From contig CALXKA010000003.1 of the NCBI GenBank assembly GCA_944388765.1, positions 1 through 58,850 of the forward strand: 58,850 nucleotides of DNA, written 5' to 3'. Source of the DNA: an uncultured Clostridia bacterium. Lineage in GTDB: Bacteria > Bacillota > Clostridia > TANB77 > CAG-508. The notes below the pieces were generated by a model. It saw only the letters and a list, made by a program, of their open reading frames with translations, did not search any database and was not told where the DNA came from. Below, in pieces: positions 29,651 through 39,522 of this stretch. A program made the position numbers and the translations under genes. The first letter of the stretch is position 1, and every line of letters starts with the position of its first letter.

Positions 29651-31672
29651 CTAAATTACGTTTCTAATTTTTTGTATTAAGTAATGGCTTCCTCCTTCAC
29701 TGTTATCTTGTATATTCTCAACCATACTTACAATCAATAAATTATTTCCATCTCCTTTATTAGTTGTAAAACAATTAAACCATCCTAATGTTCCACTTTC
29801 TGTATCTTCAATTGAAGTTTTAAGTTCTGCTGTTCCTGTTTTTCCTGCTATTGTTGTTCCTTCAATTTTCATATCGCTTGCTGTTCCATTTTCAACTACT
29901 TGTATTAAATCATTCTTTATTGTTTCTGCTGCTTCTTTTGTTATAGCTTTTTCTTTTAACATTTTTCCAACATTACTATCCTTATATTCAATTCTAGGCT
30001 TAATCATGTTTCCTTCATTTGCAAATGCCGAATAAATAGATGCCATATGTATTGGATTTACTAAAATATCTCCTTGACCATATCCAGAGTCTGCAAGTTT
30101 TGTTTCTCCTTCTATTATTGTTCCATTATTAGATGCATATTGTGATTTAGCAAGTGTTAAAGGAAATTCAATTTGTTCATTAAATCCTAATTTATTTAAA
30201 CTACTTGTAAAATTTTCTGTTCCCATTTTTAATACAGACTGAGCAAAATATATATTATCTGAATACATTATTGCATTCATTAAGTTTTTTGGTCCATTAT
30301 ATGCAGTTAATGTTGTAATATTATAGTTTCCCCAACTTGAATCTTTTTGCCAACTTGTACCTGTATATCCTAGATCTTCATTAGGATCTATTGTTCCAAG
30401 TGTTAATCCTATTGCCCCTGTTACAGGTTTAAATGTTGAACCCGGACAATATTTTTGTATAAATCTGTTATATAGTGGTTTAGATTCATCATTATTTAAA
30501 GTATTCCATTGTTCTGTTGTCATTCCTACTACAAAATCATTTGAATCAAATGTTGGTGTACTAACTAGTGCAAGTAACTCTCCTGTTTGTGGTTCCATTA
30601 CTACAAAAAGTCCTTTATCATTTTGCATTTGATTATATATATTTTTTTGCAAGTTGCTATCTATTGTTAATTTTACATCTTGCCCATCTTTTTTGTCTTG
30701 TTTTATTATTTCTGTTTTTTCTTCTCCTTCTTCATCTAGTATGTATATTCTTGTCCCATCAATTCCCCTTAATGTATCTTCATATGCTAATTCTAATCCT
30801 GATTTTCCAATCAAACTATTTGATGTATATCCTTTGCCTTCATTTTTTTCAAGCTCTTCTGCATTTATTTCTTGCACATAGCCAATTAAATGTCCTGCTT
30901 CTTTTCCAAGCACATATACTCTACCATCTTCTTTATTTATCATCACACCTGATATTTGCAATAATTGTTCTTTTAATTCTGTATTTGAATCTGATATCTT
31001 TTTAATTGGTACAAATGTATCATCTTTTACATATGATACATTTAAACTTTTATTTATATAATCTACTGATACACCTGTTAACTCTGATATTCTACTTATA
31101 TTTTCATCTTTATTTGATCCTAATTTTCCTGGTACTATTCCAACTGATGCGATTTGACCATCTTCTGCAAGAGGATTATTATTTCTATCTAAGATACTTC
31201 CTCTTTTTGATTTTATTGTTTCTACCCTTACTTTATCTGTTTCATTTAGTTCTGGAAATATTATTTTTGATGACCATCTTAATTTATATTCTTTGTCTTG
31301 TTTTACCATATTTACTGAATTATCAAATTCAACTTCACCTGCTGATGTATACATCTTTTGATGATAGTTAATCTTATATTCATCATCTTCTTTTACTATT
31401 TCTTTAATTTCTATGCTAATGTTTGTACTATCAATTCCCTCATATATATTTTGATTTCTAGTTATGAAATTTTCTTTATCAATTGTATTAATATTTGTCA
31501 CTTTTTCATACATTGCTTCATAGTTTTTATCGTTTATTAAATTCATATAATCTATTAGTGATTGTTTTGCTTTTTCTTCATCATTTTTGTTTATTATTAA
31601 AATAGTTGCTACTATTATTGCTATAATTATTAATATTATGACTATACCAATTATTACTTTTTTATTTTTCAT
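29651..31672 (-). CDS. class B penicillin-binding protein (transpeptidase) with NTF2-like MecA_N-type N-terminal domain
   Basis: TM anchor. 'STFK' (SxxK), 'SDN' (SxN), 'KTGTA' (KTG). 673 aa. Confidence 0.85.
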   Translation of the reverse strand: MKNKKVIIGIVIILIIIAIIVATILIINKNDEEKAKQSLIDYMNLINDKNYEAMYEKVTNINTIDKENFITRNQNIYEGIDSTNISIEIKEIVKEDDEYKINYHQKMYTSAGEVEFDNSVNMVKQDKEYKLRWSSKIIFPELNETDKVRVETIKSKRGSILDRNNNPLAEDGQIASVGIVPGKLGSNKDENISRISELTGVSVDYINKSLNVSYVKDDTFVPIKKISDSNTELKEQLLQISGVMINKEDGRVYVLGKEAGHLIGYVQEINAEELEKNEGKGYTSNSLIGKSGLELAYEDTLRGIDGTRIYILDEEGEEKTEIIKQDKKDGQDVKLTIDSNLQKNIYNQMQNDKGLFVVMEPQTGELLALVSTPTFDSNDFVVGMTTEQWNTLNNDESKPLYNRFIQKYCPGSTFKPVTGAIGLTLGTIDPNEDLGYTGTSWQKDSSWGNYNITTLTAYNGPKNLMNAIMYSDNIYFAQSVLKMGTENFTSSLNKLGFNEQIEFPLTLAKSQYASNNGTIIEGETKLADSGYGQGDILVNPIHMASIYSAFANEGNMIKPRIEYKDSNVGKMLKEKAITKEAAETIKNDLIQVVENGTASDMKIEGTTIAGKTGTAELKTSIEDTESGTLGWFNCFTTNKGDGNNLLIVSMVENIQDNSEGGSHYLIQKIRNVI

Positions 31673-31702
31673 ATATATTCCCCCAATTTATATGTTTTTA
31701 GC

Positions 31703-31748
31703 GTATAAAAATACAGCTGTAAACTTTACTTGTAGTCTACATCTGTAT
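31703..31748 (-). terminator. probable intrinsic terminator after splB
   Basis: ATACAGATGTA / TACAGCTGTAT arms (one mismatch) followed by TTTTAT on the minus strand. Confidence 0.55.
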
Positions 31749-31771
31749 TAATTTTTTGTCAAGTTAATTAT

Positions 31772-32770
31772 TTAAACTATATATTCTATTTTGTTATTGG
31801 GAAAGTATTTGTTCATTTGCTCCCTTAAAAATATTTCACTTTCTTTTCTTATATCGTTTTTGTACATATATTTTCCTCTACCTCTACCTGTCATTATTTC
31901 TTTATTATATAGATTAATTGCGTTTGGAAAGGCTTCTTCATTTATTTTTGTATGAACATAGCTATATGTCATAAATATTATTTCAAAAAATGTATCTTTT
32001 TTTACTTTTTCTGATAATTCAGAATTTAATCTTTTTATTAGTTCTAAATATATTTCTTTCCAATTATCTACTAAAATTACTGGTGCAATTAGTATCCCTA
32101 TTTTATATCCCGCTTCTTTTAATTTATTTATTGCTTCAATTCTTCCAGTTAATCTTGATGTTCCAAATTCTACTTTGTTTATTATTTCTTCTGGATTTAC
32201 ACTTACCCTTATTGTAACTTTTCCTTTATGATCTAATGGTAAAATATCATCAACCATATCAAATTTGGTTGGAAATGTTAAATGTCCTTTTTTACTATTT
32301 TTAAAATTTTCTATTGTCCATGGCAAGTTATTTGTTATGATATTTTCTAGTATTAAATCACTATTGCTTCCTATTTCAAATGTTAATTCTTTTTCTGAAC
32401 TATTTGCTGTTTTTATTATTTTTTCTAACATTTGCTCCCTATTTACAAACAATCTTAAATATGAGCATTTGTTATAATTGCACACTAAATAACAGTACAT
32501 ACAAGAAGCTGTACATCCTGATGATGTATATGGTACTAGATAATCTGATGTTTTATGATTTTCTATAAATTTGTGTGTTTTTCTTATTCCTATTATTAAA
32601 TTTCTTTTCATCTCTGGAAATTCTTTATTTTGTTTCTTTCTCATTTCTTCTATATTATTATGATTTTCTATTTCTACTTTATTTACATCTTCATATTGTT
32701 TCATTAGTTGTTTTCCTAATGGATATTCTAATATTTCTTTTTCATAATAAATAGTTCTTGGTTTAAACAT
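31772..32770 (-). CDS. splB: spore photoproduct lyase (radical SAM)
   Basis: 'CTASCMYC' CxxxCxxC cluster. The overall pattern is collinear with B. subtilis SplB, including the C-terminal 'FPNNKIEYIV'. GAGGAG RBS precedes the ATG at 32770. Confidence 0.85.
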   Translation of the reverse strand: MFKPRTIYYEKEILEYPLGKQLMKQYEDVNKVEIENHNNIEEMRKKQNKEFPEMKRNLIIGIRKTHKFIENHKTSDYLVPYTSSGCTASCMYCYLVCNYNKCSYLRLFVNREQMLEKIIKTANSSEKELTFEIGSNSDLILENIITNNLPWTIENFKNSKKGHLTFPTKFDMVDDILPLDHKGKVTIRVSVNPEEIINKVEFGTSRLTGRIEAINKLKEAGYKIGILIAPVILVDNWKEIYLELIKRLNSELSEKVKKDTFFEIIFMTYSYVHTKINEEAFPNAINLYNKEIMTGRGRGKYMYKNDIRKESEIFLREQMNKYFPNNKIEYIV

Positions 32771-32854
32771 ATTTTTCTCCTCATATTTATTATTTTTATT
32801 TTTTCTTTTTTTATACAAAAAAAGGACCTATTAATTAATAGATTCTTTTAAAAT

Positions 32855-33820
32855 TTATACTTCTACATAATTTATTAATTCTATTTGGTTTGAAATAAAA
32901 TCTAAATTATCATCTATATCTTTTGATAAATCTGTTGTCATATATTTTTTGTTGTCATCCGCAAATATTGTAACTACAGCATTTTCTATTTTTTCAGTTA
33001 ATAAAATGCTACCTATTAAATTTGCACCAGAAGATATTCCAACTCCTAATCCTAGATTTCTTGATAATTTTCTTGACATATTTATTGCATCATTATCATT
33101 TATTAAGATAATATCGTCTATCTTATTTTTATCTATTAAATCTGGTACAAAGTCATCTCCAATTCCTTCTATTTTATGCTGTCCTAGTATTTTTCCTTGT
33201 GATATTATTGGCATTTTATCTGGCTCTATTGCAACTATTTTCATGTTTTTAAATTTTTCTTTTAATTTTTTGGTTGTTCCCATTAGTGTTCCGCCTGTTC
33301 CAACTCCTGATACAAATCCTCCTATTTGCTCTGATATTTGCTCTAATATTTCTTTTCCTGTTGTTTCATAATGTGCTTGGAAATTATCTTTGTTTGCAAA
33401 TTGATTTGATAAAAATCCATTTTTTTCTTTTGCTAATTTTTTTGCTTCCTCAACACATTTTAGAAACCCTCCATCTTGTCTGGATATTAAAGTAATATTT
33501 GCCCCATAGCTTTTCATTAGTTCTACTCTTTCTTTACTCGCCCAATCTGGCATAAATATATATACTGGATGGTTATAATATGATCCAAGCGCTGCTATTG
33601 ATATTCCGGTATTTCCACTTGTTGCTTCTACTATTGCCATATTATCTTTTAAATTTCCTCTTTCTTTTGCATTTTTTATAATATAGTAGGCTACTCTATC
33701 TTTTATACTCCCTGTTAGATTATAGTATTCAAGTTTTGTATATACATATCTTTCTTTTCCTCTAAATTTATAATTTATTTTTATCATTGGTGTATTTCCT
33801 ATAACTTTTTTTCCTAACAT
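32855..33820 (-). CDS. PLP-dependent cysteine synthase family protein
   Basis: 'SIKDR' PLP-lysine motif, 'SGNTG', 'GVGTGGT'. GGAGG RBS is best spaced for the ATG at 33820. Confidence 0.8.
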   Translation of the reverse strand: MLGKKVIGNTPMIKINYKFRGKERYVYTKLEYYNLTGSIKDRVAYYIIKNAKERGNLKDNMAIVEATSGNTGISIAALGSYYNHPVYIFMPDWASKERVELMKSYGANITLISRQDGGFLKCVEEAKKLAKEKNGFLSNQFANKDNFQAHYETTGKEILEQISEQIGGFVSGVGTGGTLMGTTKKLKEKFKNMKIVAIEPDKMPIISQGKILGQHKIEGIGDDFVPDLIDKNKIDDIILINDNDAINMSRKLSRNLGLGVGISSGANLIGSILLTEKIENAVVTIFADDNKKYMTTDLSKDIDDNLDFISNQIELINYVEV

Positions 33821-33868
33821 ATACATACCTCCTGGTTGTTATAATATATGTATATTTTTTACAATATG

Positions 33869-34516
33869 TTATTTTTTTATTTTTACTCCTAGAAGGTATA
33901 ATAACTCTATTGCTTGAAAGCTTTCTATTATTGCTCCTTTTATATCTTCTTGCGATATAGCTATTCCATCTATTATTGCATTTGATAAATCTATGTTTTT
34001 AAAGCTTGTCTTAAACACTTGTGCTTGCGTTAAGTCTGTATTATTTTGAAAATATACATTTTTGAGCTTATTTTCTTGAAAATTACTGTTTCTTAAAGTT
34101 GTTTTGTTAAAGCATACATTTTCTATACTTGATATTGATAAATTGATATAATTTGCATTTGTATCATTAAATGTCACATTATATATTCTTGTTTCTGCTA
34201 AATTTGAACCTGCTAGTTTACAATTATTGAATTCGCATCTAATGAAAGCAGAATTTTCAAATGAAGTATTAGAAAAATTACAATTATCAAATATTACATC
34301 TATAAATGTATTATTTTCTAGTTTTCCTTCCAATATTTCTACATTATGAAATTTAGATTTTTCTATTTTTGTATCATATATTTTTTCATTTTTTAAATTA
34401 ATATTTTCTATTATTTTATATTCTAATTCTTGATAGTTTTCTTCTAATTCAGAATTTAAATCATCTATTTTTTGTAATTTTTCTATTTGAATCTTTTGAG
34501 GTTTTAATATATTCAT
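33869..34516 (-). CDS. pentapeptide-repeat protein
   Basis: Long run of A(D/N)LxX-type pentapeptides ('NCNFSNTSFENSAFIRCEFNNCKLAGSNLAETRI...'). Confidence 0.8.
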   Translation of the reverse strand: MNILKPQKIQIEKLQKIDDLNSELEENYQELEYKIIENINLKNEKIYDTKIEKSKFHNVEILEGKLENNTFIDVIFDNCNFSNTSFENSAFIRCEFNNCKLAGSNLAETRIYNVTFNDTNANYINLSISSIENVCFNKTTLRNSNFQENKLKNVYFQNNTDLTQAQVFKTSFKNIDLSNAIIDGIAISQEDIKGAIIESFQAIELLYLLGVKIKK

Positions 34517-34527
34517 TCTTTCTCCTT

Positions 34528-35091
34528 CTAACATATATTTTTATTTTTGATATAACTATCTTTAAATTCTTCTGCTAATATATCCATGCTAATTCTATCA
34601 TAATATTTTCCATTAGCAAATTCTGCTTTTCTTCTTCTACCATATTCCTTAAATCCACATTTTTTATAGCATGCAATTGCTCTTTTATTAAATTCCATTA
34701 CATCTAATTTAATATTATTTAAATTTAGATAATTAAATCCATAATCTAATATTAATCTAATTGCTTCTGTTCCATATCCTTTATTTCTTGCTTCTTTATC
34801 TCCAATAAAAACTCCAAGTGTTGCTCTTCTACTAATGTAATTTATTTTTTCTAATGATATAGATCCTATTAATTTATCCGTTTTCAATTCAATTATTCCA
34901 AATGTTGCTTCTTCATTTATATGTTTTTCTAAATATTCTTTTTCTGCCTCTATTGTTACTAATGCTCCGCTTCTTCCTAAATAATCTGTCGTTTCAAAAT
35001 CATTTAACCATTCTGTAAATTTTTCCACATCATCTACGTTTCTTGGCGATAAATATATTTTTTCTCCTAATAATTTTTTAAAATATTCCAT
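34528..35091 (-). CDS. GNAT family N-acetyltransferase (RimJ/RimL-like)
   Basis: 'RNKGYGTEAIRLILDYGF' and 'N.RAIACYKKCGF'. The ATG at 35091 follows an AGGAAG RBS. Confidence 0.8.
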   Translation of the reverse strand: MEYFKKLLGEKIYLSPRNVDDVEKFTEWLNDFETTDYLGRSGALVTIEAEKEYLEKHINEEATFGIIELKTDKLIGSISLEKINYISRRATLGVFIGDKEARNKGYGTEAIRLILDYGFNYLNLNNIKLDVMEFNKRAIACYKKCGFKEYGRRRKAEFANGKYYDRISMDILAEEFKDSYIKNKNIC

Positions 35092-35103
35092 TTTTATCAC
35101 TTC

Positions 35104-35601
35104 CTATTCTAAATTATATTTATAGCATACTTCATCATATTGTTTATCACCTATTGTTATTTTTCTTTCATTGCATAACTTTCCTCCAATTTTTTCATAG
35201 AATTTTCTTGCATTTTTATTTTCTTTTAAGCACCATATAACCGCTTCTTTATATCCTTTATCTTTTAGTATTTGCATAGCTTTTTTAGATAAACTCTTTC
35301 CTATTCCATTATTTCTTTCATCATATTTTATATATAAAGCATATATTTCTCCATATTCTTTTTTATTATCTCTATTTTCTCCAAACCTACAATATCCTTT
35401 TACATCTTCATTGTCTATATATACAATTGATTTTTGTTTTTCATATTTTTCTTTTATATTTTTTGCTCTATCTATATAATTTAAAGCTTCTAGATAATTG
35501 CTATCAATTATTCCTTTGTATGATATTTTCCAGTCATCTACAATTATTTTTGCAATTTTGTCTATATCCTTTTCTTCGTAATATCTAATCACTTTAATCA
35601 T
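35104..35601 (-). CDS. GNAT family N-acetyltransferase
   Basis: 'RNNGIGKSL' and 'N..ARKFYEKIGG'. Confidence 0.8.
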   Translation of the reverse strand: MIKVIRYYEEKDIDKIAKIIVDDWKISYKGIIDSNYLEALNYIDRAKNIKEKYEKQKSIVYIDNEDVKGYCRFGENRDNKKEYGEIYALYIKYDERNNGIGKSLSKKAMQILKDKGYKEAVIWCLKENKNARKFYEKIGGKLCNERKITIGDKQYDEVCYKYNLE

Positions 35602-35614
35602 CCCCTATAAAATA

Positions 35615-36400
35615 TTATACCTTTTCAACTATTTCTAATATGTGCGAACTATATCCAATCAAATCTTTTCTGTCACAATTTTTTAAATGATAGTCTACAT
35701 ATATTTCGAATTCTTCATCATCCATTTTATTGATATATTCAGCTAAATTAGGTGCGATTCCATCTGTTGCAATTGTTTCTATTTCTTTTACATTATATCT
35801 TGATATTAAGTTACTAAAATCTTTTACTTTAAATGTTGAAAATATTTCTTCTTTTATCTTAGCAACATTCCAATTTTTATCACAAATTTCTTTCAATCTT
35901 TTTAAATTTCCTTTTCTCACCCCGTATGAATATATAACAGCATCATCTGTTATATATGCAATAAAAATTTTTCCACCTTTTTTAGTTACCCTGATAGCTT
36001 CTTTTATAGCTTTATCTATATCTAAATCTTCATATAAATGATATAATGGTCCTAATACTAATGTAATATCAAAACTATTTTCTTCATATATGCTTAAATC
36101 TGTGGCATTTCCTTGTATTGCTTTTATTTTCATCCCATTAGTTATTTTGCTTTTTAAAATTTCTAAATTTTTATTAATTAATTCTATACTGTTAACATCA
36201 AACCCTTTTTTAGCATAATAGATTGAATATCTACCTGTTCCTGCACCGATTTCTAATATTTTATTTCCTCTTTCTAAATATTTTTCTATGTATTTAGTTG
36301 TTGTAATAAACTCTATTTGATGTGCTTTGTCTTTTATTAATCTTGAATCTTCATCATAATTGTTATAATATTCATTTAAAATTTTTTCTACTTCATTCAT
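35615..36400 (-). CDS. class I SAM-dependent methyltransferase
   Basis: 'ILEIGAGTGRYS' motif I. 261 aa. Confidence 0.8.
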   Translation of the reverse strand: MNEVEKILNEYYNNYDEDSRLIKDKAHQIEFITTTKYIEKYLERGNKILEIGAGTGRYSIYYAKKGFDVNSIELINKNLEILKSKITNGMKIKAIQGNATDLSIYEENSFDITLVLGPLYHLYEDLDIDKAIKEAIRVTKKGGKIFIAYITDDAVIYSYGVRKGNLKRLKEICDKNWNVAKIKEEIFSTFKVKDFSNLISRYNVKEIETIATDGIAPNLAEYINKMDDEEFEIYVDYHLKNCDRKDLIGYSSHILEIVEKV

Positions 36401-36412
36401 ATTAATCTCCCC

Positions 36413-37318
36413 TTATTTTAATTTTCTTATCATTTTATAATGAGTTTTTGTCTCGTCATAAATTTCAAATCCCACTTTTTTATATAGAAATCTTGCCGGA
36501 TTTTCTTTAAATACTTGTAATATAGTATTTCTTTTGTCAGTTTCGTCTATTTTTAATTGCTCTTTTAATATTTCTTTTCCTATACCTTTTCCCTGATATT
36601 TTTTATCTATATAAAATAGACCTATTTCACTTTCATTATTTTTATTAATATAATTTGTAAACATTCCTATAACCTCATTTTTATATGTAATAATATTTAT
36701 ATTGTCAATATTTTTGTTTATAGACTCTTTAAAAAACTTAACTTGAAATTCATCATTCCAGGGTCCATATATTTTTTCTACATACCACTTAAAACATTCT
36801 TTTTTTGTTTGATATAAATAATTAAAATCTTTTTCTTCGTATTTTTTAAAATTATATATATCTAATTTCATTGGTGTAAATATTATCCCATCAATTTTTT
36901 GTAGTGCATCAGTATCTTTAAATCCTTTTGCATGATAAAACTTTATTCCACATATAGATGAGTTTACTGTTATTTCTTTTATATTTTTATTATTTTTTCT
37001 ACAATAAAATTTTGCTTCTTCTAATAGTTTTGTAGCTATTTTCTTTCTATGATATTTTTTATCTACAAATAAAAGTGCAATATGTGAGTAATCTTTAACT
37101 GCAATCATTCCAACGATTTTATTATCATCTTTCATTATAAAAATTTTCATATTTTTATTTAATTGTTTTTTTATGTTATCATAATTGGCAAATTTATAAA
37201 AATTTTCTATTTCTTCTTTTGTATAATAGGGTGCTTCAAATTCATCAAAAACTCTTTTTACTAATTTCATAGTTTCTTCTAATTCATTTATTTTCATTTC
37301 TTTTAATAAACTTTTCAT
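36413..37318 (-). CDS. tandem double-GNAT acetyltransferase
   Basis: Two acetyl-CoA motifs, 'HRKKIATKLL' and 'QGKGIGKEIL'. The C-terminal half is paralogous to 50320-50763 ('ILQVFKENPA...THYKM'). Confidence 0.75.
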   Translation of the reverse strand: MKSLLKEMKINELEETMKLVKRVFDEFEAPYYTKEEIENFYKFANYDNIKKQLNKNMKIFIMKDDNKIVGMIAVKDYSHIALLFVDKKYHRKKIATKLLEEAKFYCRKNNKNIKEITVNSSICGIKFYHAKGFKDTDALQKIDGIIFTPMKLDIYNFKKYEEKDFNYLYQTKKECFKWYVEKIYGPWNDEFQVKFFKESINKNIDNINIITYKNEVIGMFTNYINKNNESEIGLFYIDKKYQGKGIGKEILKEQLKIDETDKRNTILQVFKENPARFLYKKVGFEIYDETKTHYKMIRKLK

Positions 37319-37365
37319 TTTCTCATCTCCCTCATAATATAAAAAGCCCTGCTAAGAAATCTCAT
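37315..37365 (-). CDS. possible 16-codon leader peptide (uORF) 'MRFLSRAFYIMREMRK'
   Basis: AAGGAG lies 9 nt upstream of its ATG. Its TGA stop overlaps the GNAT ATG (ATGA). Its SD and first codons form the two arms of the leader terminator. Confidence 0.3.
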   Translation of the reverse strand: MRFLSRAFYIMREMRK

Positions 37366-37513
37366 TTATTAAGACTCCTTAGCAAGACTTATTCATCTTA
37401 CTTTCTGTGTAAGTAATTATCTATTTTAACTACTCTGTACCGCTCAAATTTATATTTTAGGTACACTCTTAATTTATGTATAAAATTTTATCATGTTATT
37501 TCCTTTTTGTCAA
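37319..37513 (-). promoter_or_regulatory. promoter plus ~165-nt structured leader (attenuator or riboswitch-like) of the GNAT operon
   Basis: On the minus strand: TTGACA (37508-37513), 17-nt spacer, TGaTAAAAT (-10 at 37485-37490). Hairpins GTACC...GGTAC and CTTAC...GTAAG follow, then an intrinsic terminator, then a GAGGGAG RBS. Confidence 0.6.
37341..37388 (-). terminator. leader (attenuator) terminator upstream of the double-GNAT gene
   Basis: 9-bp stem CTTGCTAAG / CTTAGCAGG (one G-U pair) followed by GCTTTTTAT, placed between the promoter and the start codon. Confidence 0.6.
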
Positions 37514-37532
37514 TATCATTTTACATAATCTT

Positions 37533-39425
37533 CTATTTTTCTTCAACTTCTTTCTCAATAGCCCTCTTTTCTCTCATTACTCCATCATCTTCTATGCAAT
37601 AATGTTTGTCTACATATCTTTGCGCTAAATCAACCCTATGTGTTACTACTATTCCCATTGCTCCTACATCTTTAATTGCTTGTATTATTGATTTTAGTTG
37701 TTCATCTATTAATTCATCTTCGACATTTCCAACTGGTTCATCTACTAATATTATTGATGGATTTTCTGTTGTTCTATATAGAGCCTGAGCCAATGCTAAT
37801 CGCTTTTTTTGTCCTGTTGAAAATTGATTATAATCCTTTGATGATAAATCTTCTAGTATTTTTTCACTTTCTAGCTTAACATCTTTTAATACTTTTTCTA
37901 ATTTTTCTCTTTCTTCTATTGTAACTTCTGAAATAGACTCTTTTCCTGTTATCTCTTCTAATACATTAGAATATATTCCTAACTTTTTATCTGCTTTTAC
38001 AGCTATAAATTGTTTTCCTAATTTATCTACTACTTCTTCTCCATCTATTAATATTGCATTTCTGTTATTTATATCTCCTCTTTTTAATAATCTTATAAAT
38101 GTACTTTTTCCTATTCCTGATTTCCCTGATAATAGTACTACTTCTCCTTTTCGTATTGAAAATTCTGGAATTTCTATATTATGCCTAAAATTTACTTTTC
38201 CTGTATCTTGATTTGTTTCTTGATAAAATTTTCCTTTAAGATTCTTTATTTCTAAGCTTTCAAACGGTTTTTGTATTTCAATTAATGGATCTTGCTTTTC
38301 TTCAATTTGTCTTACAATATCTTCTACTTCTTCTTCATATTCTTTTAATTTTTGATTTTCATGTTGAAATTTATACATAAAAGTCACATTATCCATTATA
38401 TTTCTTATAAGATAGCTATTCTGGCTTATTTCTACTAATATTTGTGATATAGTTTTAGCATCAAGTTTTTCTGCATTCTTTAATTTTTCTACTCCTATCA
38501 TACCAGTTAGTATTGACATTGATATTATTTCTATTGCTTTCATTAAATTTACTTTATTTTCAATTTTAATTTCTTCTCCATGAGCTATATGTATATTATC
38601 TTTTATTTCATTTAGTTTGTCTTTTTCTTCAATTACACTACTTGGCTCATTTTCTACTAGATTTCCTGATAATCTTCTAACATCTCTCATTTTGTCTCCT
38701 ACTTTTTCTTTGTAATCTTTTGTAACATATTTTCTTCCAATTAAAGTTCCTACACTTATTAATCCAGTTATGCCTAATGCTTTTGCTATATTTTTAGATT
38801 TTTTACTTTCACTACAAATTGCTCCTAACATACTTGCTAGACTCATACCAAGTCCAAGATACGTAGAAAATTTATTATCTTGTATATAATGTAGTTGGTT
38901 TTCATACTCACTAATAATACTTGCTATTTCTTCTTCTGACATAGATATTTCTATTTCAACATCCTTTTCTTTTCCATTTTTATCTTTATCCTTTATTTTC
39001 TTCTTTTTTGTTATTATTCCATCTCTTGAACTTTGTATTATGTCATACATGTTTTCTAAATTAGCAATTTCTCTTTCTGCATTGAATTTTAAATGCATAT
39101 TATTCTCATACATGTTCAAAAAATCAAATAAAGGTCCCTTTCCTAACCTTAATAAAGTTATCAATTTTACAGTTTCTGGCTTTAATTCTTTATTATCTGA
39201 ATTTAAATTTCTTAAAATTGCTTCTAATCCTGTATCTCCTACAATTTCTAAAAATTCAATTCCTCTAATTATATGTATTAAATCTGAATTTTTAAATTTT
39301 CCTGTCTTAAATTTTTCAATTCTTGTATATTTCCTTTTTTTAGGTTTACTCCCTAAATTTGTTTTTATTTTTGAAGTTATAATTTTTGCTGTTTGACCTA
39401 TATTTGGAATATATTTTTTACCCAT
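37533..39425 (-). CDS. atypical ABC protein: ~400-aa N-terminal region with ~3 predicted TM helices fused to an ABC ATPase domain
   Basis: Walker A 'GKSGIGKST', signature 'FSTGQKKR', Walker B 'ILVDEP'. The N-terminal part is charged and coiled with hydrophobic stretches ('YLGLGMSLASMLGAIC','ALGITGLISVGTLIG','IEIISMSILTGMIGV') and resembles no permease family I recognise. Confidence 0.65.
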   Translation of the reverse strand: MGKKYIPNIGQTAKIITSKIKTNLGSKPKKRKYTRIEKFKTGKFKNSDLIHIIRGIEFLEIVGDTGLEAILRNLNSDNKELKPETVKLITLLRLGKGPLFDFLNMYENNMHLKFNAEREIANLENMYDIIQSSRDGIITKKKKIKDKDKNGKEKDVEIEISMSEEEIASIISEYENQLHYIQDNKFSTYLGLGMSLASMLGAICSESKKSKNIAKALGITGLISVGTLIGRKYVTKDYKEKVGDKMRDVRRLSGNLVENEPSSVIEEKDKLNEIKDNIHIAHGEEIKIENKVNLMKAIEIISMSILTGMIGVEKLKNAEKLDAKTISQILVEISQNSYLIRNIMDNVTFMYKFQHENQKLKEYEEEVEDIVRQIEEKQDPLIEIQKPFESLEIKNLKGKFYQETNQDTGKVNFRHNIEIPEFSIRKGEVVLLSGKSGIGKSTFIRLLKRGDINNRNAILIDGEEVVDKLGKQFIAVKADKKLGIYSNVLEEITGKESISEVTIEEREKLEKVLKDVKLESEKILEDLSSKDYNQFSTGQKKRLALAQALYRTTENPSIILVDEPVGNVEDELIDEQLKSIIQAIKDVGAMGIVVTHRVDLAQRYVDKHYCIEDDGVMREKRAIEKEVEEK

Positions 39426-39522
39426 TTCTATTCTCCTTTATTTAGTTTACATATTCATTTTACCATATTTTCCTATAAAAATAAAGAGCTAAGATTTTTC
39501 TTGCTCTTTAAAATACTTTTCT

